Virus record (IMG/VR): IMGVR_UViG_3300025098_000014
Source: a virus
DNA: 64,000 nucleotides
Direction: 5' to 3' (one strand)
Every line of letters begins with the position of its first letter. The first letter of the stretch is position 1. The position numbers were made by a program, and so were the translations under genes. Shown here in pieces: positions 28,239 to 37,814 of the stretch. Below the pieces are notes generated by a model. The model searched no databases. It had not been told where the DNA came from and saw nothing but the letters and a program-made list of their open reading frames with translations.

Positions 28239-28770
28239 ACCTACCCATCATACAAGCAACACTAACTCTCCAGAAGGGAGTATCTACTTTGATAGGAAGA
28301 GCGTCATGAAGTTCGTTTGATCTGAAGACAACAAAATCTCCAGGTTCAAAGGTATAAGTACGATCCTCTATTTGCAGTTCACCTCCCCATGAAGGATCCC
28401 ATTGAGGAGTAAGAAATCCAACAACGCTCCAAATATATTTACCTTTAGCATCACCGTCTGTATGGAAGACAGAAATATTTCCTTTTCTTTGTGCGTTGAA
28501 TCCAATCGCACCTAGTCCACCGACTGGTAAAGTAAACCCATACTCTTCTTGTACTCTATCACGAAGGACACTCATCAAACAAATAAAGTATCCAGATAAG
28601 AAAGGACTGTGCATACCATTAGCATCCATAGCCATTGTTCTTGGATAATGCGTAAGTGGATCATCAACACCGCCATAAGCGCCACCAATTTTCCAAGTCG
28701 CTTCTCCCATCAAGTGCCCATATATTTGTTCAACATCGGGTTTAGATAAAAGGTTTTTTACAATATACAT
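28237..28770 (-). CDS. 2OG-Fe(II) oxygenase (prolyl-hydroxylase-like)
   Basis: HTD, WDPSWGGEL, VVFRSNELH, R at the C-terminal strand. Confidence 0.88.
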   Translation of the reverse strand: MYIVKNLLSKPDVEQIYGHLMGEATWKIGGAYGGVDDPLTHYPRTMAMDANGMHSPFLSGYFICLMSVLRDRVQEEYGFTLPVGGLGAIGFNAQRKGNISVFHTDGDAKGKYIWSVVGFLTPQWDPSWGGELQIEDRTYTFEPGDFVVFRSNELHDALPIKVDTPFWRVSVACMMGR

Positions 28771-30500
28771 TATCCTTCCACCGATGACTTTTCTTCCATA
28801 TATGAAAATCCAGCTTTCTTAGAAAACTCAATTACATTATTAAACTTATCAAGCATATCGCTCTTATGAGAAATCACAAAAGTATTTGCATCTTTAATAA
28901 CAAATCTAATGATCTTGCTAAACTCATCTGTACCAACAGTATCAAGAGAACTGTCGAACACTTCATCTAAAATTAAAAGATTAGTATTAGCAGAGTTTTT
29001 AAATCTAGCAACTTCTCTCCAAGCAAAAAGAAGTGCTAGATCAATTCTCATTTTCTCCCCCTCAGAAAATGAAGAGTAAGTAAACTTGTCGTGGATAGGG
29101 CTCTGAATAGTTTCTACAAATTCTTCATCCAGATTAAAATTGATATAGAAATCCATCATCTGGAGATAACGATTAACTTGCTTATTAATAAGGGGAAGAT
29201 ACTTTTTGATTATCTTGGACTTTACTCCACCATCTTTAAGAAGAGAGTATGCAAAATCGTTGTACCTGACTTCCTCGCTTTTTTCAGCAAGCTTTCCGAA
29301 TACTACTTGTAGAGAATCTTTGAACCCGTCTAACTTCTCATGTTCAGAATTTCTGTTTTGCAACTGACTGGTAAGAGTTTGAATTTCCGATTGTAAATCT
29401 CTGACCTGTCTCTGATATCCAGCAATTCTAACATTGTTTTGAGAAATGTCATGTGTAAGTTCAATAATCTCCGTTGAGAGTTTTTTAAAGTGACGCTCTT
29501 TATCTTCTTCTAATTGTATCGACTCCTCCAGTTTAAGAAAACCTTCTTGGAGTTCCTTTGCTTTATATTGAGCGTCACTAATTTTATTTAGTCTAAGATC
29601 TTCTTGAATAGGTTGTGTGCATGTAGGGCATACCGTATTCTCAGTAAAGAACTTATGCTCCTTCGTAATCGTTGATACCTTCTGAGAAATCTTACCCTTA
29701 AGACTACCAAGTTTACGAAGTTGTTGTGTAGAATTTGCTACATCTTTGAGAGATTCATTGAGCAATTCAATATTTTTAGAGATGTCTTCATTCCGAAGAT
29801 TAAGAATACCAGAGTCAAAAGATAACTTTTCAATTTTAAGGATATCTGCATCTATTCTATTTTTATGACGGTCTTCTAAATCACCAATAAAGCATGATTG
29901 CATTTCAATTTTATCTTTGATATTACTTTTCTTCAAAGTAAGACTCTTAATCATCTCCTTAGACTGCCTAATATCCTCCTTCAAGAAGTTATTCATAGCA
30001 GAGAAGATACGAATATCTAAAAGGTCTTCAATAACTTCTCTACGATGTGCCTGAGTCAATTGCATGAAGGGCACAAAGTTACTACTACCCAAGATAACAA
30101 TTTGAGTAAAAGATTTATAGTTTAATTTAAGAATTTGATCTTCTACAATCTTCTGATTAGTTCTATCATCAGCTTCTTTATTTTTCATCTCACCATCGAC
30201 TAAGATATCAAACACATTTGGTTTGATACCACGACGGATTAGATATTTTTTAGGTCCAACAGAAAACTCAACCTCTACCAAGCAACCTTTATCATTAGAA
30301 GTGTTAACAAGTTGAGGTTTATTTATTTTACGATATGGTTTATTGAACAGAGCAAAACACAATGCATCAAGCATCGTAGATTTGCCAGCACCATTAGTAC
30401 CTACGATTAATGTTGTGGAAACTTTATTAAGACATATCTCTGTCCATTGATCACCGGTAGATAGAAAATTTTTCCATCTAATTTTTTCAAATGTTATCAT
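28770..30500 (-). CDS. g46: Recombination endonuclease subunit gp46 (Rad50/SbcC-like)
   Basis: GTNGAGKS, CPTC hook, FSEGEKMR, LDEVFD, ISH. Confidence 0.96.
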   Translation of the reverse strand: MITFEKIRWKNFLSTGDQWTEICLNKVSTTLIVGTNGAGKSTMLDALCFALFNKPYRKINKPQLVNTSNDKGCLVEVEFSVGPKKYLIRRGIKPNVFDILVDGEMKNKEADDRTNQKIVEDQILKLNYKSFTQIVILGSSNFVPFMQLTQAHRREVIEDLLDIRIFSAMNNFLKEDIRQSKEMIKSLTLKKSNIKDKIEMQSCFIGDLEDRHKNRIDADILKIEKLSFDSGILNLRNEDISKNIELLNESLKDVANSTQQLRKLGSLKGKISQKVSTITKEHKFFTENTVCPTCTQPIQEDLRLNKISDAQYKAKELQEGFLKLEESIQLEEDKERHFKKLSTEIIELTHDISQNNVRIAGYQRQVRDLQSEIQTLTSQLQNRNSEHEKLDGFKDSLQVVFGKLAEKSEEVRYNDFAYSLLKDGGVKSKIIKKYLPLINKQVNRYLQMMDFYINFNLDEEFVETIQSPIHDKFTYSSFSEGEKMRIDLALLFAWREVARFKNSANTNLLILDEVFDSSLDTVGTDEFSKIIRFVIKDANTFVISHKSDMLDKFNNVIEFSKKAGFSYMEEKSSVEG

Positions 30501-30756
30501 CTTGTGTAGGTGGAATTACGATGTCTTCGGAAGTGATTACTGAATACTTATAATTATACACCTCACACGCCTTTATTGCAAGGTCTTCTTCAATTTCAAT
30601 TGTAGACATCTCAACCCCATGATCTTCTTCTAGCTGTAAAGCATATCTAATAGCATCGTCTTCTTCTTCAAAGATAAAGAGAACTTTATTACCACGCCGA
30701 TCCTTTACAGCGTAGGCACCTTCTTCTTTTTTATCTTTTTCCGTTAACAAGAACAT
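30487..30756 (-). CDS. Hypothetical protein
   Basis: 89 aa; FEEEDDAIRYA; between g47 and g46. Confidence 0.8.
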   Translation of the reverse strand: MFLLTEKDKKEEGAYAVKDRRGNKVLFIFEEEDDAIRYALQLEEDHGVEMSTIEIEEDLAIKACEVYNYKYSVITSEDIVIPPTQDDNI

Positions 30757-31808
30757 TACTCAACTTCACAAGCCTTTGAATATAACGAACCAAATAAAGT
30801 TTTGATTCTAGATTTATCAATATCAGTTTCAGTTTCTTCAATGTATCTATTCAATATAGACATAGTGTTTTCTTCTTCACTAATTTCTAAATCTTCTCCA
30901 TGCAACCAACCTTGATTATAGTCAAAGTTTTCAATAACTTTTAACTCTTCTACACCAACAGTATAAAGTTTATCAATAAATTTTTCAAAGTCTTTTGGTT
31001 TTGTTTTTTTACGAACTATAACTTTAACAATTTTACCAGCATATTCAGAGGCATTGAACATCTGATGGGGAGTATCCTCATAATAGATGTTATAAAACAT
31101 CTTATTTGGATTATCAATATTAGTTAGATCGTATGTCTCAGTATCAAAGAGATGGAAGCCTCTAGGGTCATTAACATCGTTCCAATACAGTTCATAAGGA
31201 TTTCCCAAATAAAAGATTTGACCGTCGTTACTGCGTGTATGATAATGTCCACTAAACACCCTATCAAATTTTCTCAGATACTCTGCTTCGTCTCCACGAT
31301 CTTGCATGAATCCACGATAAGCAGCAAACCCATTAAGTTCTAAATGACCAACGGCAAGTTTTGCATCACTATTATTAATTAACTCTATAGTATCCTTTTC
31401 ATTCTCAGCATTGATCCAAGAGATAAAAGCAAACTTAGTACCGCCGATTAAATGTTCAGCATAATCAGTGATAGGGATGATATTATCGTACTCTCGTAAT
31501 AGTAAATCAATTGTATTGATTGAGTTATTGTTTTTGTAATACGCTGTGTGATTCCCAACAACAGTATATACAGTAATCCCCATATCACGGAGACGATCGT
31601 AGTAATTTTCTTTAGCCCATTTAAGAGACCAGAAGTCAATGCTCCTACGATTGTCGAAAGTATCCCCCATATCGATAAGAGTTGTGATACCTTCAGCAAG
31701 AAGAGTAGGAAAAAAAGTTTCATTATAAAATTTTAAAAAATAATCATGAAACAACTTACTACCCTTACGAGCACCGAAGTGCTGATCAGTAATAATGCCA
31801 ATTTTCAT
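30756..31808 (-). CDS. g47: Recombination endonuclease subunit gp47 (Mre11/SbcD-like)
   Basis: TDQHFG, GDTFD, GNH, SGHYH. Confidence 0.96.
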   Translation of the reverse strand: MKIGIITDQHFGARKGSKLFHDYFLKFYNETFFPTLLAEGITTLIDMGDTFDNRRSIDFWSLKWAKENYYDRLRDMGITVYTVVGNHTAYYKNNNSINTIDLLLREYDNIIPITDYAEHLIGGTKFAFISWINAENEKDTIELINNSDAKLAVGHLELNGFAAYRGFMQDRGDEAEYLRKFDRVFSGHYHTRSNDGQIFYLGNPYELYWNDVNDPRGFHLFDTETYDLTNIDNPNKMFYNIYYEDTPHQMFNASEYAGKIVKVIVRKKTKPKDFEKFIDKLYTVGVEELKVIENFDYNQGWLHGEDLEISEEENTMSILNRYIEETETDIDKSRIKTLFGSLYSKACEVE

Positions 31809-32023
31809 TTTGAATGATGTGGTTTGTGTTCTCTATCCATAGGTAAGGATGAAATTACTGGAGATTTAGTTTTGTTCTTAAGGACAATAAATTTATCTGC
31901 AGCAAATGTACCAGCTATTTCAACTCTAACTTCATCACCATCTTCCCATACTGGATCACCATTTTTTTTACGCATGTCCATAGCACATGCTATTTCATCA
32001 ATTAGATCTTGAGTCAATTTCAT
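31805..32023 (-). CDS. Small hypothetical protein
   Basis: 72-aa ORF coupled to g47. Confidence 0.75.
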   Translation of the reverse strand: MKLTQDLIDEIACAMDMRKKNGDPVWEDGDEVRVEIAGTFAADKFIVLKNKTKSPVISSLPMDREHKPHHSK

Positions 32024-32028
32024 TTTAA

Positions 32029-32502
32029 TTATCTAGATGTTCTATACTGGATGTTATCTTTAATAGTATTATAGTCGCTTGTGGATCCATTTGCACCCTC
32101 TTCAATGACCATAACTTGATCATATCCAGTTCTTTCAATAATTTTTGTTTTAATCTCTAATTGTTTTTTCTCTTTTTGAATTCTGCGAAGAAATGCATAG
32201 TAAATAATCTGAGTAAAATACGCAAATGGATTAGTAGATTTTTCTGGATTAAAGTTATGAATGTATTGTACACAATTCTCAATTCCATCGCCAATCATAT
32301 CCTCTCGGAACATGTAGTTGACAAAGTTTGGTTTATAAGAAAGATGTGTTGCGATCTTAAGAAAACAATCTCCTAAGTAATTACTAATAGCTGGAGGTTT
32401 AGTTCCATTCTCTTTAGCAAGTTTTGCTGCAATACGATATTCAACCATCGCATCTAACAATTCTTTATTATTTACATAATGTTCAGATCTTTTTTTAGGC
32501 AT
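32029..32502 (-). CDS. g55: Late transcription sigma factor gp55
   Basis: HYVNNKE, IATHLSYKPNFVNY, NPFAYFTQI. Confidence 0.96.
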   Translation of the reverse strand: MPKKRSEHYVNNKELLDAMVEYRIAAKLAKENGTKPPAISNYLGDCFLKIATHLSYKPNFVNYMFREDMIGDGIENCVQYIHNFNPEKSTNPFAYFTQIIYYAFLRRIQKEKKQLEIKTKIIERTGYDQVMVIEEGANGSTSDYNTIKDNIQYRTSR

Positions 32503-32525
32503 ATCTATGCTAAGTTCGTGTTTAT

Positions 32526-32534
32526 ATTATAGCA
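32526..32534 (-). promoter_or_regulatory. Extended -10 promoter for g55
   Basis: TG-C-TATAAT on the minus strand, 23 nt upstream of the g55 ATG. Confidence 0.6.
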
Positions 32535-32538
32535 CAGC

Positions 32539-32567
32539 TTGACAATCTATGCTTTTGTCTGTAGAAT
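32539..32567 (+). promoter_or_regulatory. Sigma70-type promoter on the plus strand (antisense to the uvsW operon)
   Basis: TTGACA-17 nt-TAGAAT. Confidence 0.55.
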
Positions 32568-32610
32568 AACTTTGTCGAAGTTCAGAAGCACTGTATCTAA
32601 GCTTCTTAGC

Positions 32611-33042
32611 TTAAGCATGAGTTGCAATACCAGCTCTAGGGTCTGCTTCTAATTTAAATAGATCCTCTAGATTTTTACGAGCAGACTTAACATTTCCTAG
32701 ATATCCCATTTTTTCTGATGGTTTAACCTTACCAGTTGATCTTGTATTGATACCCATCCGATCTTCAGCAGCGTCAATAATATAATTTGTATAGTATTCG
32801 ACCATTTCATGATCGCATTCTACTTCTGTCATTGTAATAATTTGTGTCTTATCAATAAAATAAAACTGATCATTTGGAACATGCATCCAAGGTTCTATTC
32901 TTACAAAAGAACCTCTTGGTCCATGTACAGTTTCAATACAGACAGGATCTTGAACTATTAATGTATCATTTTCTGAAGAAGTTATAGCGAAGAGTTCTTC
33001 GCCAGATACTAATTTGATACTTGCGTAAAAGTCATCGTTCAT
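32611..33042 (-). CDS. Conserved hypothetical protein downstream of uvsW
   Basis: FYASIKLVSGEE...PWM; typical position. Confidence 0.82.
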   Translation of the reverse strand: MNDDFYASIKLVSGEELFAITSSENDTLIVQDPVCIETVHGPRGSFVRIEPWMHVPNDQFYFIDKTQIITMTEVECDHEMVEYYTNYIIDAAEDRMGINTRSTGKVKPSEKMGYLGNVKSARKNLEDLFKLEADPRAGIATHA

Positions 33043-34513
33043 TCTTTTCTCTTAGATTAATGGTTACCATGTCATAAGTAAATTTTTCTTCCTTATAAAT
33101 TTTAATTCTCTCAATGAGATGGTTTAATGTGTAATTTCGTTTTGAACGAAAGGTACAATCATCAGCAATGTCGTACAGAGTCGCACTAAATTTGTTAGTA
33201 CCTTTTCTCAGTACTCTACCAATTGATTGTAAATTCCTAATTCTTGATTTTGAAGGAGAAGCAAAGATAACATTATGTAAGTTTTTAATGTTAATTCCAG
33301 TAGAGAAAGTTCCGTATGAAGCAACAATAATAGAGTTGGTTTCATTCTCGATGATTGAACGGGCTAGTTCTCTATCCTCAACATCTACTCCACCATGAAT
33401 AAAGAAGACTTTTCGATCTTCTCCTATGTTTTTATTTATCATATCAAAAAGAACCCTCCCATGATCTTCAACTCTTGCAAAAAGAACTAGAGTATTTCCT
33501 TTAAGATCTATACTTAAATTTTTTATAAAATTATTCCTTTTCTCATGAGAAATTAAATAATTAATTTCATCTAGATAAGAATCAAATACTCTCTCATCAT
33601 GTTTTAACAAAAGAATCTTAGCATTTAGTTTTGCCAGATACCCTTTGGTCATTAGTTCCTCGGTACGAACTAACTTGTAAGATGGTCCAAACAATCCTTC
33701 TAGCACCCACTTGTGAGTTTGTGTTCCGTCTAGAGTTCCAGTAAAACCAAAACGATATTTTGCTTGATGTAACTTAGTCATGATGCTGGTAAGAGACTTT
33801 GCTTTGAACAAATGTGCCTCATCACCAATTACTACATTGAAACGCTCAAAATAACTCTTCTCTAGTTTATAGATAGATTGCCATGTAGTAATGATAACGG
33901 GTGCTTTAGCTTCTCGTTCTTTACCTGCATATATTTTGTGACAATATGAAGAAGCATCCCATCCATATTCCTCAAAGTCCTTATGCATCTGCTCTACCAG
34001 AGATGTCGTTGGAACAACTAGGAGGATATTTTGTTTGCGCTCTGTATAGTACCTCACGATTGAGTAAATCATCAAAGATTTGCCGGAGGCTGTTGGGCTT
34101 ATCACTAACCTTCTATTGTGTCTTAGAGCATCGTATACTCCCTCTACTTGATAGTCACGAGGTTGACGATTGCAAATAGACAACATATAATCTTTTATTC
34201 CCTCCTTAGATATAAATTCATTTTCTTCATAAGGAGTTCCATAAAATTTATTGTTTGTAAATTCAAATTCATATCCTTGCCTTTTACAGAAAGATACTAA
34301 CTTATCTAATAACCCAGCATATAGTTCTCTTGTATGCGTAGAAAATAAACGAATCTTTCCATCCCAGTACCTTCTACGGTACTGATTCATATACTTAGCA
34401 CCCTCTATATCAAAAGAGAAGTGGTCAGACAACTCCTGATATACATGAGGCTCAGATTCAATTTTTAAAAAAACTTCGTTTTTCTTGGATACTATAAGTT
34501 TGGTCATGCTCAC
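33032..34513 (-). CDS. uvsW: UvsW DNA helicase
   Basis: WDGKIRLF, PTASGKS, GDEAH, TGT, QSIGRVLR. Confidence 0.96.
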   Translation of the reverse strand: MSMTKLIVSKKNEVFLKIESEPHVYQELSDHFSFDIEGAKYMNQYRRRYWDGKIRLFSTHTRELYAGLLDKLVSFCKRQGYEFEFTNNKFYGTPYEENEFISKEGIKDYMLSICNRQPRDYQVEGVYDALRHNRRLVISPTASGKSLMIYSIVRYYTERKQNILLVVPTTSLVEQMHKDFEEYGWDASSYCHKIYAGKEREAKAPVIITTWQSIYKLEKSYFERFNVVIGDEAHLFKAKSLTSIMTKLHQAKYRFGFTGTLDGTQTHKWVLEGLFGPSYKLVRTEELMTKGYLAKLNAKILLLKHDERVFDSYLDEINYLISHEKRNNFIKNLSIDLKGNTLVLFARVEDHGRVLFDMINKNIGEDRKVFFIHGGVDVEDRELARSIIENETNSIIVASYGTFSTGINIKNLHNVIFASPSKSRIRNLQSIGRVLRKGTNKFSATLYDIADDCTFRSKRNYTLNHLIERIKIYKEEKFTYDMVTINLREKNER

Positions 34514-34935
34514 CCTGCACGGAAATTATGCCAATCGATAATATTTTTAATTAGATATCCTCTATTACTTACCTGCTTAATAATATCTTCCAGGTATGTC
34601 AACATGACATCATAGTATTTAATTTTTAAAGTTGCTGACTGCACTTTCTCATCAGCCAACATATATCTTTGTACAGCATCCTTTTCCCTAACTTTATATG
34701 GGAAGGGATCCTTTGCATAAACTTCAGGGTCTGCTTTACCTGTGTAATACAGATGCCTATCTAATTTAATTTTATTTTCTAATGTTGTTGATCTTTCCCT
34801 GAGCAACTTAATGTTGTTGTAGATGTCAAAATACTTGGCATGTAAAGATGGAATCTTTGCTGCCTCATCATGTAAATTATCTTGATCAATCTGTGTGTCT
34901 TTGACCCACATACTTTGTATAGTTTCAAGATCCAT
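34510..34935 (-). CDS. uvsY: UvsY recombination mediator
   Basis: IPSLHAKY, YYTGKA, RGYLIKNIIDW; position between g3 and uvsW. Confidence 0.9.
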   Translation of the reverse strand: MDLETIQSMWVKDTQIDQDNLHDEAAKIPSLHAKYFDIYNNIKLLRERSTTLENKIKLDRHLYYTGKADPEVYAKDPFPYKVREKDAVQRYMLADEKVQSATLKIKYYDVMLTYLEDIIKQVSNRGYLIKNIIDWHNFRAG

Positions 34936-34938
34936 AAG

Positions 34939-35469
34939 TTAGTTTGCAACTTCAATCGTATAGAACAGATACTTAAATGTCACTGTTGCTGTAAAGTATG
35001 TATAATCAGTATCTGTGGCAGTAAAATCTAAAGAACTTAGTGAGACTGGGAATAAATCTCTAAATTTTATTCTTGCACTTACATTAAAATTACTGTTTAG
35101 GATCGCAAGAGTTCCATCACTAAATTGTTCTTTAACATCTTTAGATCCATCTGCAGCAGTAATAAGTTGTTGAAACTCATTAACACTTTCTGGATACCCA
35201 AGACCATAGATCCAGTTATGAATCTCTAGATAATTTTCTAAATCCTCATCTACAATAAACTGCAGAGTGAGATCTTCAAATTGAATATTATCACCAGGAA
35301 GATCAATAGCCTTCAGGTAGTTTCCAACCTTTATATTCCCTAATTGGATACCAGGAATCTTTGTACTATTAGAAAAGAAATCTACTTTGGGAGTTTTTAC
35401 AATATTGAATTTAAATCCTGTAGGCGACAAATAATTCTTGTTTGTTATCTGCTTGCTAAGGAATGTCAT
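34939..35469 (-). CDS. g3: Tail completion / tube terminator gp3
   Basis: NYLSPTGF, FIVDEDLENYLEIHNWI, FPVSLS. Confidence 0.88.
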   Translation of the reverse strand: MTFLSKQITNKNYLSPTGFKFNIVKTPKVDFFSNSTKIPGIQLGNIKVGNYLKAIDLPGDNIQFEDLTLQFIVDEDLENYLEIHNWIYGLGYPESVNEFQQLITAADGSKDVKEQFSDGTLAILNSNFNVSARIKFRDLFPVSLSSLDFTATDTDYTYFTATVTFKYLFYTIEVAN

Positions 35470-35487
35470 TTTTATTTTTATTTAGAC

Positions 35488-35513
35488 AAAAAAAGAGACC
35501 CTTTCGGGTCTCT
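35488..35513 (-). terminator. Rho-independent terminator
   Basis: GAGACCC-GAAA-GGGTCTC-T7. Confidence 0.88.
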
Positions 35514-35542
35514 CACTTCCTTCACACGGAAATTATATTATA

Positions 35543-35719
35543 TCACATAAGGACTTCCTTACAAATTCTTTTGCATTCTGGAGCACTTAGTGAACTGCAT
35601 TCAATTAGACACTCATAATAATCATTTAATCTTTCTTGTTCCTCTACGGCGAAATCGTCAACTGGGGTTTCTGTAATTTTCCATTCGTTAAGTTGAGCCA
35701 TTGATAGTAGATTGTGCAT
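35543..35719 (-). CDS. Small 4-Cys protein (58 aa; not in ORF track)
   Basis: MHNLLSMAQLNEW...DYYECLIECSSLSAPECKRICKEVLM; SD-like AAGGTG. Confidence 0.78.
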   Translation of the reverse strand: MHNLLSMAQLNEWKITETPVDDFAVEEQERLNDYYECLIECSSLSAPECKRICKEVLM

Positions 35720-35833
35720 TTAAATCACCTTGGTTATTGAATATAATATAGAGATCTCAGATCATAGTAGTAGTTAATTCTGTTTCTATTTAGTCAGCGT
35801 ATGCTAACTTAATGAAGTAAATTAAATGTATAC

Positions 35834-35860
35834 AAAAAAAAGACCCTTGCGGGGGGTCTC
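35834..35860 (-). terminator. Rho-independent terminator
   Basis: AGACCCCCCGCAAGGGTCT hairpin plus T-run. Confidence 0.8.
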
Positions 35861-35864
35861 TTGA

Positions 35865-36197
35865 TCAATTTAGACGAGTGCATTGATATCCGTATTGATT
35901 TAGATATCCATTATAGATCCTACGAGTAGTCCACTTGAGTCCTAGTTTCTTGAGATTAGGAGTAAGTGCAGGGCGACCTTTATCAGCATCTAGATCTTTC
36001 TTTGATACTTCTTTGAAAAAAGATCTTCCAACAGGAATTCTATCCCATGGATACCTGTGTGTTGAACCTCCCCTGCCGCTCAGTACCCTTACTGAATCTT
36101 CCTCTTCCTTAGACATCACGGTGAACATCGGACGGACTTTCAAACTCTTATTCAAATCTTGAAAGTCTTCTTCGTGGAATAGTGAGTAGTTTGACAT
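35865..36197 (-). CDS. Hypothetical protein in a stand-alone transcription unit
   Basis: 110 aa, YPWDRIPVGRSFF; own promoter and terminator. Confidence 0.75.
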   Translation of the reverse strand: MSNYSLFHEEDFQDLNKSLKVRPMFTVMSKEEEDSVRVLSGRGGSTHRYPWDRIPVGRSFFKEVSKKDLDADKGRPALTPNLKKLGLKWTTRRIYNGYLNQYGYQCTRLN

Positions 36198-36230
36198 GCG
36201 GTTTTCTAAACGCTTTGATTAACTGAAGAT

Positions 36231-36259
36231 ATTCTACCACCAAACAAACCCGATGTCAA
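36231..36259 (-). promoter_or_regulatory. Sigma70-type promoter
   Basis: TTGACA-17 nt-TAGAAT directly after the g23 terminator. Confidence 0.8.
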
Positions 36260-36262
36260 CAC

Positions 36263-36291
36263 AAAAAAAGACCCCCCTTTGAGGGAGGTCT
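36263..36291 (-). terminator. g23 terminator
   Basis: AGACCTCCCTCAAAGGGGGGTCT hairpin plus T-run. Confidence 0.88.
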
Positions 36292-36337
36292 GAAAGAGAT
36301 CCGATGGGATACTCTGGGAAACATATGGACCGATCGA

Positions 36338-37783
36338 TCACATAAGGTTCTTAACAACAGTACGCTGGTAGTAGCGGTTGCTGTTGGAGGTGATACGACC
36401 AAGACCTTGTGCAGTGCCTTCAGCATAAGGGTTAGAAACAAGACCGTAACGGGTCTTGAATCCAATTTTGGGCTGGAAGGTGTTTTCTCCAACGGCGCGA
36501 ACCATCTGGAGGGGAACATAAGGACAGTAGAAGAGACCAGCATCATAAGGGGAAGAACCCTTATAGCCGACAACATAGTACTGGTTAGCAGCAGAGTTAG
36601 CAGCGAAAGGATCGATGAATACTCTGTACTTACCGTTAATAGTACCAGCGAAGGTGTTGCCAGTATCGTCAACCTGAAGGTTTGCGTTCAGTGCAGGGGT
36701 GTAGTCAAGTACACCAGCCATGGTGAGTGCAGAAGCAACATCAGCAGATGTCATGATGATGTTACCCTTCCCTCTACGAGTTCTTTGGGCGATTCTGTTA
36801 GCATCTCTTTCGATGTTAAACAGAAGACCTTTGAACTTCTCAACTGACCAACGACCGTTGGAGTCAACATCGAGATCGAAGAAACCAGCATTGGCAACAT
36901 TTGCCTGTGAACCAGCTTCAGCAGTCTTATAGATGGTACGAATAACTTCGCGGTTGATTTCAGCAAGAATTTCGCTAGACAGGATGTTAGCGAGTTCTGC
37001 TTCAGCGTTAAGACCGTGGATAGCACGAAGGTCTTGTGCCAATTCCATGCTGTACTCTGCTTTCAGAGCGCGGGACTTAGCGGTGACCGTGACTTTCTCG
37101 ATCGAGAATGCCATCTCGTTGAAGTCGCCGTTGCTGCCGTCTCCGAGTGCCTCAGAGTCGCCAGTTGCCATACCTTGACCCAGTGAATACTGAGCTTGTA
37201 CAGCGTCGGAAGCAGCGCCTTCCAGGATTGCGGGGTTAGTACCACGCTGAGTTCCAGTAGAACCGAAACCAACAGTACCGTCGTCATCACCAGCAGCGGT
37301 GTAATCACCCTGAGTTGACTGACCAATGTTTGTGCCTGCCTTGTTAGCAGAGAATGCGGAATCAGGCTCGTTGAAGAACGACTCAGTACCAGACTGATTG
37401 GTGTAGCGTGAACGCATTGCGAAGATCAGTCCAGTAGGACCGTTCATCGGCTGAACGCCAGCGAGTTCATAAGCAACCAGATTCGGCATTGAGCGGCGAA
37501 TCAGGCTGATCAGAACGGGATCGAAACCGGCGGTAGGACCAGCAGCAGTAGAACCGCCACTGAAAGCACCAGAGGCACCTACAGCGTTGCCACTGTTAGT
37601 AGGGGCAGCTTCTGAAAGCATACCATTGCCGTTTTCAAAAGCAGATTGCTCTTTGAGGAAACGCTCTTGGTTCTCAAGGAGAACAGCAGTTGTAGACCGG
37701 CGATGCGCGTCCTTAATAGGATCTACGCCTTCGGCGTCGAGAAGTGGACCCCACTTCTCCATTAATGATTCTTGATTGTACAT
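36338..37783 (-). CDS. g23: Major capsid protein gp23
   Basis: GFDPVLISLIRR, GVQPMNGPTGLIFAMR, KSRALKAEYS, FQPKIGFKTRYG. Confidence 0.99.
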   Translation of the reverse strand: MYNQESLMEKWGPLLDAEGVDPIKDAHRRSTTAVLLENQERFLKEQSAFENGNGMLSEAAPTNSGNAVGASGAFSGGSTAAGPTAGFDPVLISLIRRSMPNLVAYELAGVQPMNGPTGLIFAMRSRYTNQSGTESFFNEPDSAFSANKAGTNIGQSTQGDYTAAGDDDGTVGFGSTGTQRGTNPAILEGAASDAVQAQYSLGQGMATGDSEALGDGSNGDFNEMAFSIEKVTVTAKSRALKAEYSMELAQDLRAIHGLNAEAELANILSSEILAEINREVIRTIYKTAEAGSQANVANAGFFDLDVDSNGRWSVEKFKGLLFNIERDANRIAQRTRRGKGNIIMTSADVASALTMAGVLDYTPALNANLQVDDTGNTFAGTINGKYRVFIDPFAANSAANQYYVVGYKGSSPYDAGLFYCPYVPLQMVRAVGENTFQPKIGFKTRYGLVSNPYAEGTAQGLGRITSNSNRYYQRTVVKNLM

Positions 37784-37814
37784 TAGATTTTTGTGTTTAA
37801 ATTTGCGGAGTTGT

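Noticed and set aside
36238-36249. ACCAAACAAAC shared with the cobS leader near 25826-25836
   Set aside because: Low complexity and opposite orientation relative to the genes; probably chance
36256-37326. Alternative-frame and antisense ORFs over g23
   Set aside because: Shadow ORFs from biased codon usage; no motifs or ribosome-binding sites
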